Positions 52,927 through 64,000 of a stretch of 64,000 nucleotides of DNA are shown piece after piece; the stretch's first letter is position 1; each line of letters opens with the position of its first letter. The DNA lies in NCBI GenBank assembly GCA_030141605.1, contig JAQGDQ010000005.1, positions 1,798,180 through 1,862,179 of the forward strand, written 5' to 3'. A program made the translations under genes and the position numbers. Source of the DNA: Tubiluchus corallicola. Lineage: Eukaryota > Animalia > Priapulida. The notes beneath the pieces were generated by a model. The model saw nothing but the letters and a program-made list of their open reading frames with translations, ran no database searches and had not been told where the DNA came from.

Positions 52927-54078
52927 TAATTGTTAAATCAATCATTTGTAAATTAACTAAGTAAATAATATTATTATAATAATATTTATTAATTAAAAAC
53001 TTTTTATCTACAAAGCACAATAAATATGTACTCAACTACAGAAAGGTTAAGGTAAAAAGAAAGGACAATTGCAGTATTTCCTTACTTATCCAAACTTGGG
53101 ATTGTATTGTCTTGGGATTATATTGTGAAAAAAGTTTTTGTGGTTCCATCGCATTTATGCTGTTTTGAAAGTATCTCCCTATTATCCCAAAACCAGGAAA
53201 AACCAGTTTAAGTTTACCGTTGATACCCTTGGGTACTGTATTGTTACTAATTTTTGTAAAATTTGTGAGTGTCTGCATTATAAATTATTATAAAAATTGT
53301 AACTACTGGCATGGTTTATTGTGGGTCAAGGCCTTTAAGTCTAATCCAGGGTGGAGCTAAACTAGTAGAGATCTCGATATCATTGAAATTATTATTTTTG
53401 TAAGATCCAAGTCTCAGTAGTTAGTCTCCCCGAGAATAGTTGTTTAGTGCTGATAAACAACTTTAACATTAATAACATTTCACAACATGTGGGTGATATA
53501 ATACCAAATAAACATAATAATTGTCATTTTGATAACGCTAATACATTTAAGCTTGCAAAATTGGTCTTGACGTCACTTTTTTAACATACGGACTAGAACT
53601 CAATAAATATGCTGAACATTGGCTTTTTGCCAGTACTGTTGTATGCAAATTGCTTCTGATAGTATGTGCTGCACCAATAATGGCATAACATTATTCAAAC
53701 AAGAAGAGGTTTTTGTATGCCGTAGATTTTGTCTCACACTTACATTATTTCTGTTTTATACTGTTAATCAACATGTGTTTAGTGCATAGTCCTCGTGCCT
53801 TTACTCAGGTAACAGACGGCTATGAAATAGTGGATTAATTTTGTGAATGTGTTACATATGAAACTGATAAATATAATTAAATCTAAATGTTGAGTGTGAA
53901 TTTTTGACTTTTATTTGGTACTCATAATGAATTCCATGTGGGGATAGATTCTTTACTGTCCACTGATTAACATATCTATTGACTTTGGTAATTAATATTG
54001 CCAACTAAATCATTTACAAAGATTGACTTTTTTGAAACGTGTTTTAATTAATATTTTGCAGAATACATCAGGAATAAA

Positions 54079-57000
54079 ATGCTGCTGTTTTGGGCTGTGA
54101 CACTGCTTGCTGTAACACTAGTGTGTGATTCACATGAGCCTGCCAACACTCTCTTGCATACTTGTTTGGATGGAATTAATCATAAGCATAGACCAGGTCG
54201 GGAGGATAAGCTTCATAATCAGGTGTGTTGAATCTTTAAGATGTTTTGTATCACTTTGGATTATTGTTGGATATTGTGATTATTGCCCCAAGATTTTTCG
54301 GAAGAATTAGCTATATTAATTATTAGGCTAGCTATATTAGCTAATTGTGTAATTGAATTTCAGAAAAATGGGGTCATTCTGTTAAAATAAGCTAATAAAA
54401 TGTAAGATACTTGCGTTACTTATACAATTGGTTATACAGTAGTGTGTAAGTGTGACTTGAAGGTACTGTATTGCAAAAGTTGTATGCTTATCTGAAGAAT
54501 AGAATTACTGAGGCAAACTGTTCTACCAACGAAAATTGGTTCGTTTTTTTTGCATTTATTTATACCATTTAATTTTTTAAACACTTGCTTCTCTTTGATT
54601 TCTTGCCAAAATCTTTTTCTTATTTGTCCCATGATGGCGGACACAAGTGACTTAGTGGTTTAGAATGCGGGTGTGGCAAGTGCATTGCAAAATTTATACA
54701 GTAATTTCGAATCCATCCTAAATGATTTGTGGTTACTACTCGTCTGAATGTTGTTCTTGCTCTTGTTGGGGGACGACCTTTTTAAAAAACGGCATTTCAC
54801 AATGGACCATCATAAATTTTCACAAGAATATACTACAATGAATTCTGCATTGACAGCATCAGATTTTCAATTCAAAATATTAGGAATAACATTATTTTTG
54901 GCAAAAACCCAAGGCTCTGCTGATTTTCAGTGGATTGTTGCGAAATTTTACAGGACCATACTGGAACAAATTCCACATCGATTGGCGGAGACGATCGTCA
55001 TTTTGAATTCAAGATGTCAGTGATAACGTCATTTCTGAAAAAAACCATGGTCTGTCAATACTCCTCAACTCTAGAACAAAACCTGCTTTTATTGACGCAG
55101 CTGGATTTTCCATCAGCCATTTACAATTCATTTTTGTCATTTTTGCAAAAAGTGTAAGGCTTTGCTAATTTGTAACTGATTTTACAGGAACATACTGGAA
55201 CGAATTCCCCATTGACTGACGGAGTCTATTGTCATTTTAAATTCAAGATGGCGCCCATCACAGCTTTTTTGAAAAAAGCCTAGGGCCTCAACCAATACGC
55301 TTCGGATCATCATGAAACTGTATAGGAATATACTAGAACTAATTCTGCATAGATTAACAGTCTTTTTTTGATTTGCAAACTTACATTCAAGATGGCTGAG
55401 TAAACATCATTTTTGATTCATGATCTTCTTGTAACTTGGAATTGTGTACCGAGTAGCCCACTTTAAGGGTAGCTAATTGTCATACAGGAATCTTACCACT
55501 TCCTCTGTTTTGATCTATAAATTCATGGTAAATAATTTGAAATTAAAGATTTTTGCCTCCTGTAGAAAGAAATTCGTTGTGTATTTTTGCAAAACTAAAA
55601 TCTGCTCAAATTGCGTATAAAATAGCATAATGTTAAGATAAGTAATAAATTTTAAGAGTCATTCCGCGAGAAAACCATGCAAAAGTCAAAAAATAGTGGA
55701 AGGTGACAAATCACCGATTTTCTTCATATTCACAGGGTTGGATGATCCCCTCAGATGTACCCCACAGCCAAAATATTAGATATCAAAAATGAGCCGTTTC
55801 GGAGATAGGGCGCCATTTTGATTTTTTTCGGATTTTGGCCATTTTGACGTAAAAAAATGACCTATATTTGTCACATCATTACAGGCAGTAAATGAATGAT
55901 CCAGGACTAGTTGCTGGGTGGTATATATAGTAGGGGTCTTGCCCTATTGCCACATTGAGTTTGATGAATTGAGATTCTCTTTCAGTAGGTATCATGAGCT
56001 TATGAAAGATGCGTGCCTGCTACAGTCTGAATGACACCCTGTTTTAAAATTCTCATAACTCCACTGGGGCGGGTATTTGAAGTATAATTAATATATGTTT
56101 ATTTACAGCTTGACCAGGCATACTTAGATCATTAATAAAATTTTGGCCAGCTCGTCCATAAATTGACGAGATTCGATCTTGAATGTGACCTAAATCGGAA
56201 AAAAATTAGTACGAATTATTCATAATTCTGAATAAAAAAAATGAAAATTTCAAAAAGAAACGATAAATTACCGTTTCTGTCTCTCTGTCTCTCTGTGTCT
56301 CTCTCTCTGTGTATCTCTCTGTCTCTCTGTGTATCTCTCTGTCTCTCTGTGTCTCTCTCTGTCTCTCCCTGTCTCTGTCTCTCTCTCTGTCTCTTTCTGT
56401 CTCTCTGTGTCTCTCTCTGTGTCTCTCGCCTGCTCTCTCTGTCTCTCCGTGTCTCTCTCTGCCTCTCTGTGTCTCTCTCTGTCTCTCCCTGTCTCTCTGT
56501 CTCTCTGTGTCTCACTCTGTCTCTCTCTGTCTCTCTGTGTCTCTGGCTGTCTCTGTCTCTCTCTCTGTCTCTCTCTGCCTCTCTGTGTCTCTCTCTGTCT
56601 CTCCCTGTCTCTCTGTGTCTCACTCTGTCTCTCTCTGTCTCTCTCTCTGTCTCTCTGTGTCTCTCTGTGTCTCCCTCTGTCTCTCTGTGTGTCTCTCTGT
56701 CTCTCTGTGTCTGTCTCTGTCTCTCTGTCTCTGTCTCTCTGTGTCTCTCTATGTCTCTCTATATCTCTCTCTCTCTCTCTCTCTCTGTGTCTCTCTCTCT
56801 CTCTCTCTGTCTCTCTGTGTCTCTGTCTCTCCGTGTCTCTCTCTGTCTCCCTGTGTCTCTCCGTCTCTCTCTGTGTCTCTCTCTCTGTCTCTCTGTGTCT
56901 CTCTCTGTCTCTCTGTGTCTGTCTCTCTGTGTGTGTCTCTCTCTCTGTGTGTGTCTCTCTCTGTCTCTCTCTCTCTGTCTCTCTGTGTCTCTATCTGTGT

Positions 57001-60000
57001 CTCTCTCTGTCTCTCTCTCTCTGTCTCTCTGTCTCTCTCTCTATGTCTCTCTGTGTCTCTCTCCGTCTCTCTGTGTCTCTCTCTGTCTCTCTCTCTATGT
57101 CTCTCTGTGTCTCTCTCCGTCTCTCTGTCTCTATGTGTCTCTCTCTGTCTCTCTGTAACTCTCTCTGTCTCTGTCTCTCTGCCTCTCTGTGTCTCCCTGT
57201 GTTTCTCTCTGTGTCTCTCTCTGTCTCTCTGTGTCTCTTTTGATAAGGAGGTTACCATAGCAACACATAGTAGCAGCTTACTGTATGTATTATCAATTAT
57301 TAGCTTATTATTATTTACTATAGTGCGACTTTTCATTGAATATTGGCGAATAGAAAATAGTCGTGGACGTAAAGAATTTGTTGTTGTCTTTTTGTTATTT
57401 TGAAAATTTGCGATTATAAGCGTCAGCGCCCTGATTCTCGTTAGAGTTTAGTTGAATATGGTAGGCGGTGTATATGCGTATATCTTTACGAGACGGTGGA
57501 AACCTGGCGGTTAAATACAATATGAGCGAATGGCTTGAAACATACGTAGCACAGAGTCGGAATTAGTATGTAACTGCCGAGGCAGGGTCGTACTGGCCTT
57601 TGCTGCATTTCTTAACCAGTTTTTTTGTTAATGCCAGTTGTTAGTAAGCAGAAGTCTGGTTGTCGAAGCTGCCAAAGTTGCCACACCAAGGTATTAGTAA
57701 CTAACTAACTATTAACTCGAAATGATTTGAGAAAAAATATCAGGGACTGACAGCTATTCGCCTGTTGAATACAAGACCACACAAAGCTGTGCGCGTTTTA
57801 AAAATTGGCTCGCAACATGTTATATTCGATGCTTGCGGCGGTTTCAACACAATTTCACAAATAGTGCCTTGCCTCGCCTTGTCCGCCTTACTTTAGAATC
57901 TTGTTTAGCAAAGCGACACTAAACCTTTTTGACTGAAGTCTATTTTTCAGTCAAGACAGTGGGGCCCTCCCGAGGCCCCCGTATTGATCCACGGGCTATA
58001 GGTATATAGCCCGAGCACTTGTACACGAAACTGTTATTATGTACATGAAACTATTCCGTGTTTTATACAGATTATAAAAATCACTATGTTATAATCGTCA
58101 CAGGGACCCTTCGAAGGGAATGCGGCCCCCTGATGAGGGGCCTGGTTGCTAGGAGTGCCCAGACATCTAAAGCCAGTCCATTACTACTATAAACATTGAC
58201 GTTGCCGCACTTTGTATCGATTCTAATGGCAACACCGTCATCCAAAGGCCAATAGCTAAATATAGGTCAAGGTTGTGAAAATGGCAAAAAAGAGCAACTT
58301 TGGCTAAGAATTCTGGACAATTGGGAGATCGCTGGCCAAAATTTTATTTCATGCATTTGTAGGACTAGTCAAGCTGCAAATAAAAATATATTGATTAGTC
58401 CCCCAATACCCGCCCCAGTGGAGTTACGGGGATTTCAAAATGGCGTCTAAATTCAGCAGCAGCAGACACGTATCTTTTGCAATCTGATGACACCAACTGA
58501 AAAGGAGGTTCAATTTGGCAACGATAATGGTACGGTAGGGTAAGACCCCTACTATATATATCACCAATTAACTAGTACTGGATCGCTCATTTACTGTCTG
58601 TAATAACGTGAGAAATAATGGGCAATTTTTTACGCCAAAATGGCCAAAATCCGAAAAAAATCAAAATGGCGGCTTTTCTCAGAAATGGCTCATTTCTGAA
58701 ATCTAATATTTTGGCTGTGGGGTACATCTGAGGGGACCATCAAACCCTGTGAATATGAACAAAATCGGTGATTTGTCACCTTCCACTATTTTGCTGATTT
58801 TCTCACGGAATGACTCTTAATACTGTTTACATTTGGAAGTACATGGATAGTTTTTGTAATTAACAGTGTACTCCATGGAAAAATTATGCATGCTGTACCT
58901 CAAAAGTGACATGGGAAATGCATCAAGATCGTGGACTGTACAATTTTAACTGGAGTCATTGTGATATACCACTCAGCAAAGCATGTGAAAAACACTTCAT
59001 GCAAGATTTGTGCTTTTATGAATGTTCACCAAATTTGGGCCCTTGGCTAGCACCTGTAAGTATACATTTCTTTGTTCACCTTTTTTGTGTATAACTTATT
59101 ATATTTTTAGTATAGTATTCCTGCAGTTTGTATAATGTGTTTTTATGATTTTCTACATGGGTTGTAATATTATACTGTTACTCATTATTTTTTATGTTTC
59201 TTGTTTATAGTTATAAGCAGTTTGTGCAATTATTTATGAGGTTATTTGTATTGTATTTGCATGTTTTTTCTGCTATTAAATAAGTTTAAAATTTCAGGTG
59301 AAAATGAAGATTCGTAACGAAAAAGCTTTTCATGTGCCTCTGTGTAAGAGTGTTTGTGAGGACTGGTTTAAAGATTGCAAGTATGATTACACGTGTGTGA
59401 AAAACTGGGCAAAACATGGCCAAAGCTTTGACTGGAAATCAGGTACTAGCTTATTAAATGTTCTGCTTATGTAATAATTGAGTTTGTTATGTTCATTTGA
59501 AAAATGTAGGCTGTCAGCCTTGCTGCTTGTTTTAATTAATACTATTCTTGCTACATTGCAAAAACAGCGTGCTTATTTGTATAAATGAAGTTGATCAATG
59601 GTAGCAGCTGCTTTGATGGCATTGTTTATGAGAGTTGTCAAGTTATTTAGAAAGAGATTTTGGCACTAAACTTGCTGAGCTTGGTGGCTTCGTGTTCTGC
59701 TGTATGGCTTAGTTGCTTGATTTCAGTTGAGAATTGAATTTTCTTTTAAATACAAGTTTCTTTGTTTTCTGCTTAGTAGGCCAAAAAGGGAATCATAGTT
59801 GAAATTATACTTTAATAGTTTAATGACATCACTGGCATGCGTTGTACTAGGTTACTTTACTAGCAATAATATTGGTAATCTAAATTCATACACGATTAAT
59901 CATTGGTTTTGGCCCATATTTTTGTGTATGTTTTACTTTGACTTCCAAAATATGACTAATTTTATTTTATCACTTTTACTCGAACTTTACTTATATATGA

Positions 60001-62480
60001 ATTTCTTCATATTGTGATACAATATTTATTATTATTTTACTGAATTTTTGTTTAAATTTTTAAAATGTCTAATAAAACTTGGAACTTGTAATAGCTTTAT
60101 TTCTTTTGCAGGCACAAACAAATGTCTACCTGGCAACTCTTGTAAAATGATTAAAGATATGTATAGTTCAGCTTCAGAATTTTGTGAAATGGTTTGGGAT
60201 TTTTCATGGAAAGTCGTCGAGGATTCGGAACCCTGCTTTCAAATCTGGTTTGATCCTTCTAAAGGTTTGTTTCATTATTACACGTTGACGCTCTAGCACA
60301 TCTACAACAATGTTGTTAAAAGTCAATGCTAAAAACTTAAAATTTAGTGGCTACTCAAGGGCACTTTGTGACAATCAAATATTTAACTTCTCATACATGT
60401 AAATCACAGCTAGTATTCAGAATTCTGTGTAATGGTTTAGGGTTTTCCCTATTAGATAGTCGCAGAACTAATGTTTGCTGTAACATTATGTGCGTCAACC
60501 ATTATCATACAATGAGTTTAACTTTTTTGTCCAATTACAAAATGTTGTTCACCTACAGTGGCAAATCCAGGTGAAAATGTCACAAGTAAAAAAGTCACAG
60601 GAAAAAAGAAATAATCTTAACACAAACCCTAGCCAAAATTATTTGTGACTTTTTTCCTAGCCAAAATTGTGACTTTTTCCTGTGACTTTATTACCGGTGA
60701 CCACTAGGGGAACTAGCCAATTGCCTAGGGCACCAAATTTTGGGGTCACCAATCACCAAAGTAATTGTTTGGTTTTTAAGTTTGGCACAAATAATAGCAT
60801 AGTATATGTGTAATTGCTTAAGTGCATAACACTTTAATTAAATATAATGATTTTTTGCATTATTTTCATAGCAAAAAGTGTGATGCATGATGTGACACTA
60901 ACAACGTTTGAAGAAAACATTTTCTACTTTTGGCTGTATCTATCTTCCTGAAAGCATGTTCAGACTAGCGAGTTTTTTCACCCAGTAAAACTCGCCAATG
61001 AATTCACAAGCGTGTTCAGACTAGAGAGGAAAACTTGCTGCTAGCTACACTGACACTCACTTCTCTGTTCATTGCTAAAAGTGTCGAGAGTAACTTTCCG
61101 TGATGCTCAAACTAGACAGTAACTTGCAGGAAATCAACTCGCAGCAATGGTTGGAAGATTTGCAATTTCTTGTCGACAGTAACTAGCAAGCAGTTCACAC
61201 TTGCAAGTTTGCTGTCAGGGTAGAAAATCTGCAGCAGAAAACCTGCTAGTCTGCATGTGCTGTAAGATTACATCATTTAGGCAGACATTACTGACACATT
61301 ACCCTGCTTTTACCCGAAGTTTGAAATGTATGGATGTAGCAGCTAATACTAGTCGCACATGTTAACAATTTATGGACAACAAATTGTCTGATGCAAACTA
61401 TCCTACGCATAATTTGCTCGCACACGGCAGCTTTTGTATGAAGCAAACTGTGTTATGGGTAACGTAGTAAAGAATTATTAGGTGACATGTGCCCATTATT
61501 GGTCTTATGTGGTTTTGTCTGGAACAGGTTTTTATGCTAAGCTTATTTTTGAGAGCAGGAGATCAGTTTACCTGCGACAGAAAATTAAGTAAGTTTAATA
61601 AAATTTGTGTGTAATAAAAAAGAAGTTGGTAAAACAGCATTTGTCAAGCCCATAGACAAGCAAAAATGTGTCTGACAAATTGTCATGTGAGCCATCATGT
61701 GAAAGCAATAGCAAATCATTTTGTTAATAAAAAAGATTCTTGCAATAGCATTTAGTTAATTAAGGTACCTAAAGTTATATAAAATTGAAGCCTTCAGGGG
61801 CGTAATACACAAAATGAAAGACGAAAAAGCTGGCTGATACTGAGCAGCAAAAAGAGTTACAGTTAAGTTATGAATATGATGAAAATAGTGAAGTGGGTGT
61901 ATGAGCTAGCCAGTTGCAAGAGTGTGTACGCAAAGAGTGTGCAGCAGAAATTGCAGAAATTTAGTTGCTTTTGAAGACCCAGGACATTTCGTTTTCATAT
62001 TCAATCAACACAAGCTGTAAATAGATAACTGACACTTAATTAGTACACTATAATATGTAGCTTCACACTCGTGCATTATTATACTACAACATATGTTATA
62101 TACAAAGAAATTCAGTTTTGGAATGGGTCATCATTGGTGTGGATCTGTAGGAAAAGTGGTTGAGGAGGGGCATTAAAAATGCTGTCAAACTTCCTAGAGC
62201 TGTTCTGTTCATTTATTGCTGTTGAACAGTATTAAATGAGCACTTATCTGGTGTATTGCTAGGATAAATGTTGTTATAGTAAACAGCAATGTAATTTAAC
62301 CATTTTACAGTTTTGGAACTTAAAATGATAAGAAAGATTTACATTTCAGGAAATCCCAATGATGCTGTAGCTTTGGCTAAAGTACAAGAAATGCAGAATT
62401 CTGGTATGGAAGTCAAAGAACGGACAACATTTTACATTATTTTTGTATCTTTTTTTTCCTTATTTGTGATATACTTATGA
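54079..62480 (+). CDS. Folate receptor family protein (FOLR/riboflavin-binding fold), 5 coding exons, about 253 aa, signal peptide and GPI-like tail
   Basis: Exons 54079-54222, 58867-59055, 59298-59442, 60112-60264, 62350-62480 (762 nt). Motifs [65 protein letters not shown] and CFQIWFDPSKGNPN; hydrophobic C-terminus. Confidence 0.9.
55656..58816. mobile_element. 3.16-kb non-autonomous long-TIR DNA transposon, Kolobok-like, in folate receptor intron 1
   Basis: TTAA|GAGTCATTCCG ... CGGAATGACTC|TTAA. Imperfect inverted repeats extend about 500 bp (55656-~56150 versus ~58330-58816). RR..YY termini with a TTAA TSD fit Kolobok. Confidence 0.8.
56275..57240. repeat. About 970-bp compound (CT/GT)n microsatellite
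   Basis: ctctctgtctctctgtgt... throughout; source of the spurious SLSLCV and RETERD ORFs. Confidence 0.97.
60953..61261. mobile_element. Degenerate Harbinger-like MITE in folate receptor intron 4
   Basis: Imperfect TIR AGCATGTTCAGACTAGC ... GCTAGTCTGCATGTGCT; internal repeat of GTTCAGACTAG. Confidence 0.5.
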
Positions 62481-63254
62481 TTTGGAATATAGTTGTTAGC
62501 TTTTTGAGATATTTTTAAAATGTCTGGTTCATAGTTTTCTTGCTACCTTATGCTTTTTAGATACAGTTTTATTATACTTATGTTGTCCTGTAGACAAATT
62601 CTTTTATGCACACAATAGTGTACGTTACATCTGAGAATTTATTTTGCTAGGAAATTTCAAGAGACTCCGGTGAAGGTCTGTTTGTTTTTGCTAAAATTAT
62701 TATTATAAAGTTCTGCTTTTGCAGTTATGCGTGTACATGCGGTGTTTGTATGAAGAATCAAACACAGGCTGTTACTAAAGTGATAGGATAAAGACTGGAC
62801 AATTGTACAAATTTGGAAAATAAATCGATTGTTGAGTTGGAATTTTTAATTGTGCATACAGGCACATTTGTCATAGTAAAGATTTTTGCTTTTCCTTTTC
62901 TTCAGTGTGATATAATTTTGAAACTGTAGAGTATAATAATGTGTCTGTTTTCTGATTTGTTTTTCATAGTCATTTTTATGCAGTTTATATTAGTAAATGT
63001 CTGTAGTACATTCATAAATTTTGTAATTTTATACTTGTATTGAAAACAAGTAAATGATCATGTCTTAGTTGTGATACTGACCTGTGGTTAACTTCCTGAT
63101 TAAAAATTTAAAATATTTGTCGGTTAGTTTGTAAATAATTTTGTTTTCCATAAATACGCATAATTGTTTGCCATTGTTTGGTGTGTAATTACTAGCTGTA
63201 TACGTGTAGGTAAGTTATGTTTTAGGACCACTCTACTTATTTTAGTTAGAATAT

Positions 63255-63949
63255 TAGGGCTGTCAGTCGAATCTGAAAATTTGATGGTGTGATTCGAATA
63301 CTCGATTCAAATTGGTACTAAATACGTTCGATTCTCTTTGAATGTCTCCAAAATTTGAGAAATTCATTCTGTTGTTGCCGTGAGCTAGTCATATAAAATT
63401 TGTATCGTTATTACGTGACCATGTGCCATTTCTGTAAGAAGTATGTGTAGACTGAATTGAAGTCACTAGTCATGTTAGGTTTAAGTACTCGCTGTATTTG
63501 GCATTTAACGATACTAATGGTAGAGTATGCTGGAAAGTTACATCATGTGAAAAATCAGACAAAGTTTGGTACCCTAAAAATGATAGCAAAACTCATTTAA
63601 TGTAATCATACGCCTAATTACCTTAAAGCATGTAAAAATTTTGGCTGTGAATGCCTGCTTTTAATATATCTAATTCAGGACTAAAAATCACAATTTTGAG
63701 TTTGTTCTAAAGCTAAAGAACTGAAAAAACACTCGGAGGCGATGGTGCACTTTCGCCCTTCCTTAAAAAACCCAAACCTAAAAGTAATCGAAACTGACGC
63801 AAACGTCTTAGCTTAAAAACTAGGAGAAACAAAAGCGCAATAGCACCCACTCAGATTCACATTTGAGTATATGTACTGTAAGTTTTTATTCAATTCAAAA
63901 AACACGATTTGATTCTAATTCAAAATTTTCTATTTGATTGACTGCCTTA
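63255..63949. mobile_element. Old hAT-like element
   Basis: TAGGGCTGTCAGTCGAATC ... GATTGACTGCCTTA imperfect TIR with TCGATT subterminal motifs; no TSD preserved. Confidence 0.4.
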
Positions 63950-64000
63950 ATTTTGTTGAATGCATCGTTAACAAACATTTGCATGAGTGAATTTATCGGA

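Noticed and set aside
54645-54720. tRNA or SINE-like A box (TGACTTAGTGG) and B box (TTCGAATCC)
   Set aside because: No cloverleaf could be folded; at most a degenerate SINE head, unsupported without a repeat search.
56216-57403. Long ORFs (135-364 aa) rich in SLC or RET
   Set aside because: Translations of the CT/GT microsatellite.

Overview
AT-rich, intron-containing animal (invertebrate-looking) genomic DNA, not prokaryotic. Eight protein-coding genes were reconstructed by hand from GT-AG junctions. In order they are: the 3' end of a NUDT9-homology (TRPM2/NUDT9-like) gene (+), SPATA5/AFG2A (-), GPN2 (-), threonyl-tRNA synthetase (+), a 14-exon GH65 PGGHG-like glucosidase with signal peptide and GPI-like tail (-), a 14-exon diacylglycerol lipase beta (+), a PLPP6-like phosphatase (-) and a 5-exon folate-receptor-family gene (+). 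Introns and intergenic DNA carry many non-autonomous DNA transposons (hAT MITEs with 8-bp TSDs, a 3.2-kb TTAA-flanked long-TIR element, a Tigger remnant, Harbinger-like elements) and microsatellites. The most notable signal is that GPN2 and SPATA5 look like one transcription unit. Two alternative 5' splice donors bracket the intronless GPN2 ORF (7 nt before its ATG and 31 nt after its stop), and both could join one acceptor 7 nt before the SPATA5 ATG. In the GPN2-containing isoform the GPN2 stop overlaps an ATGATG that is in frame with SPATA5 after splicing. All exon coordinates are manual readings without transcript evidence.
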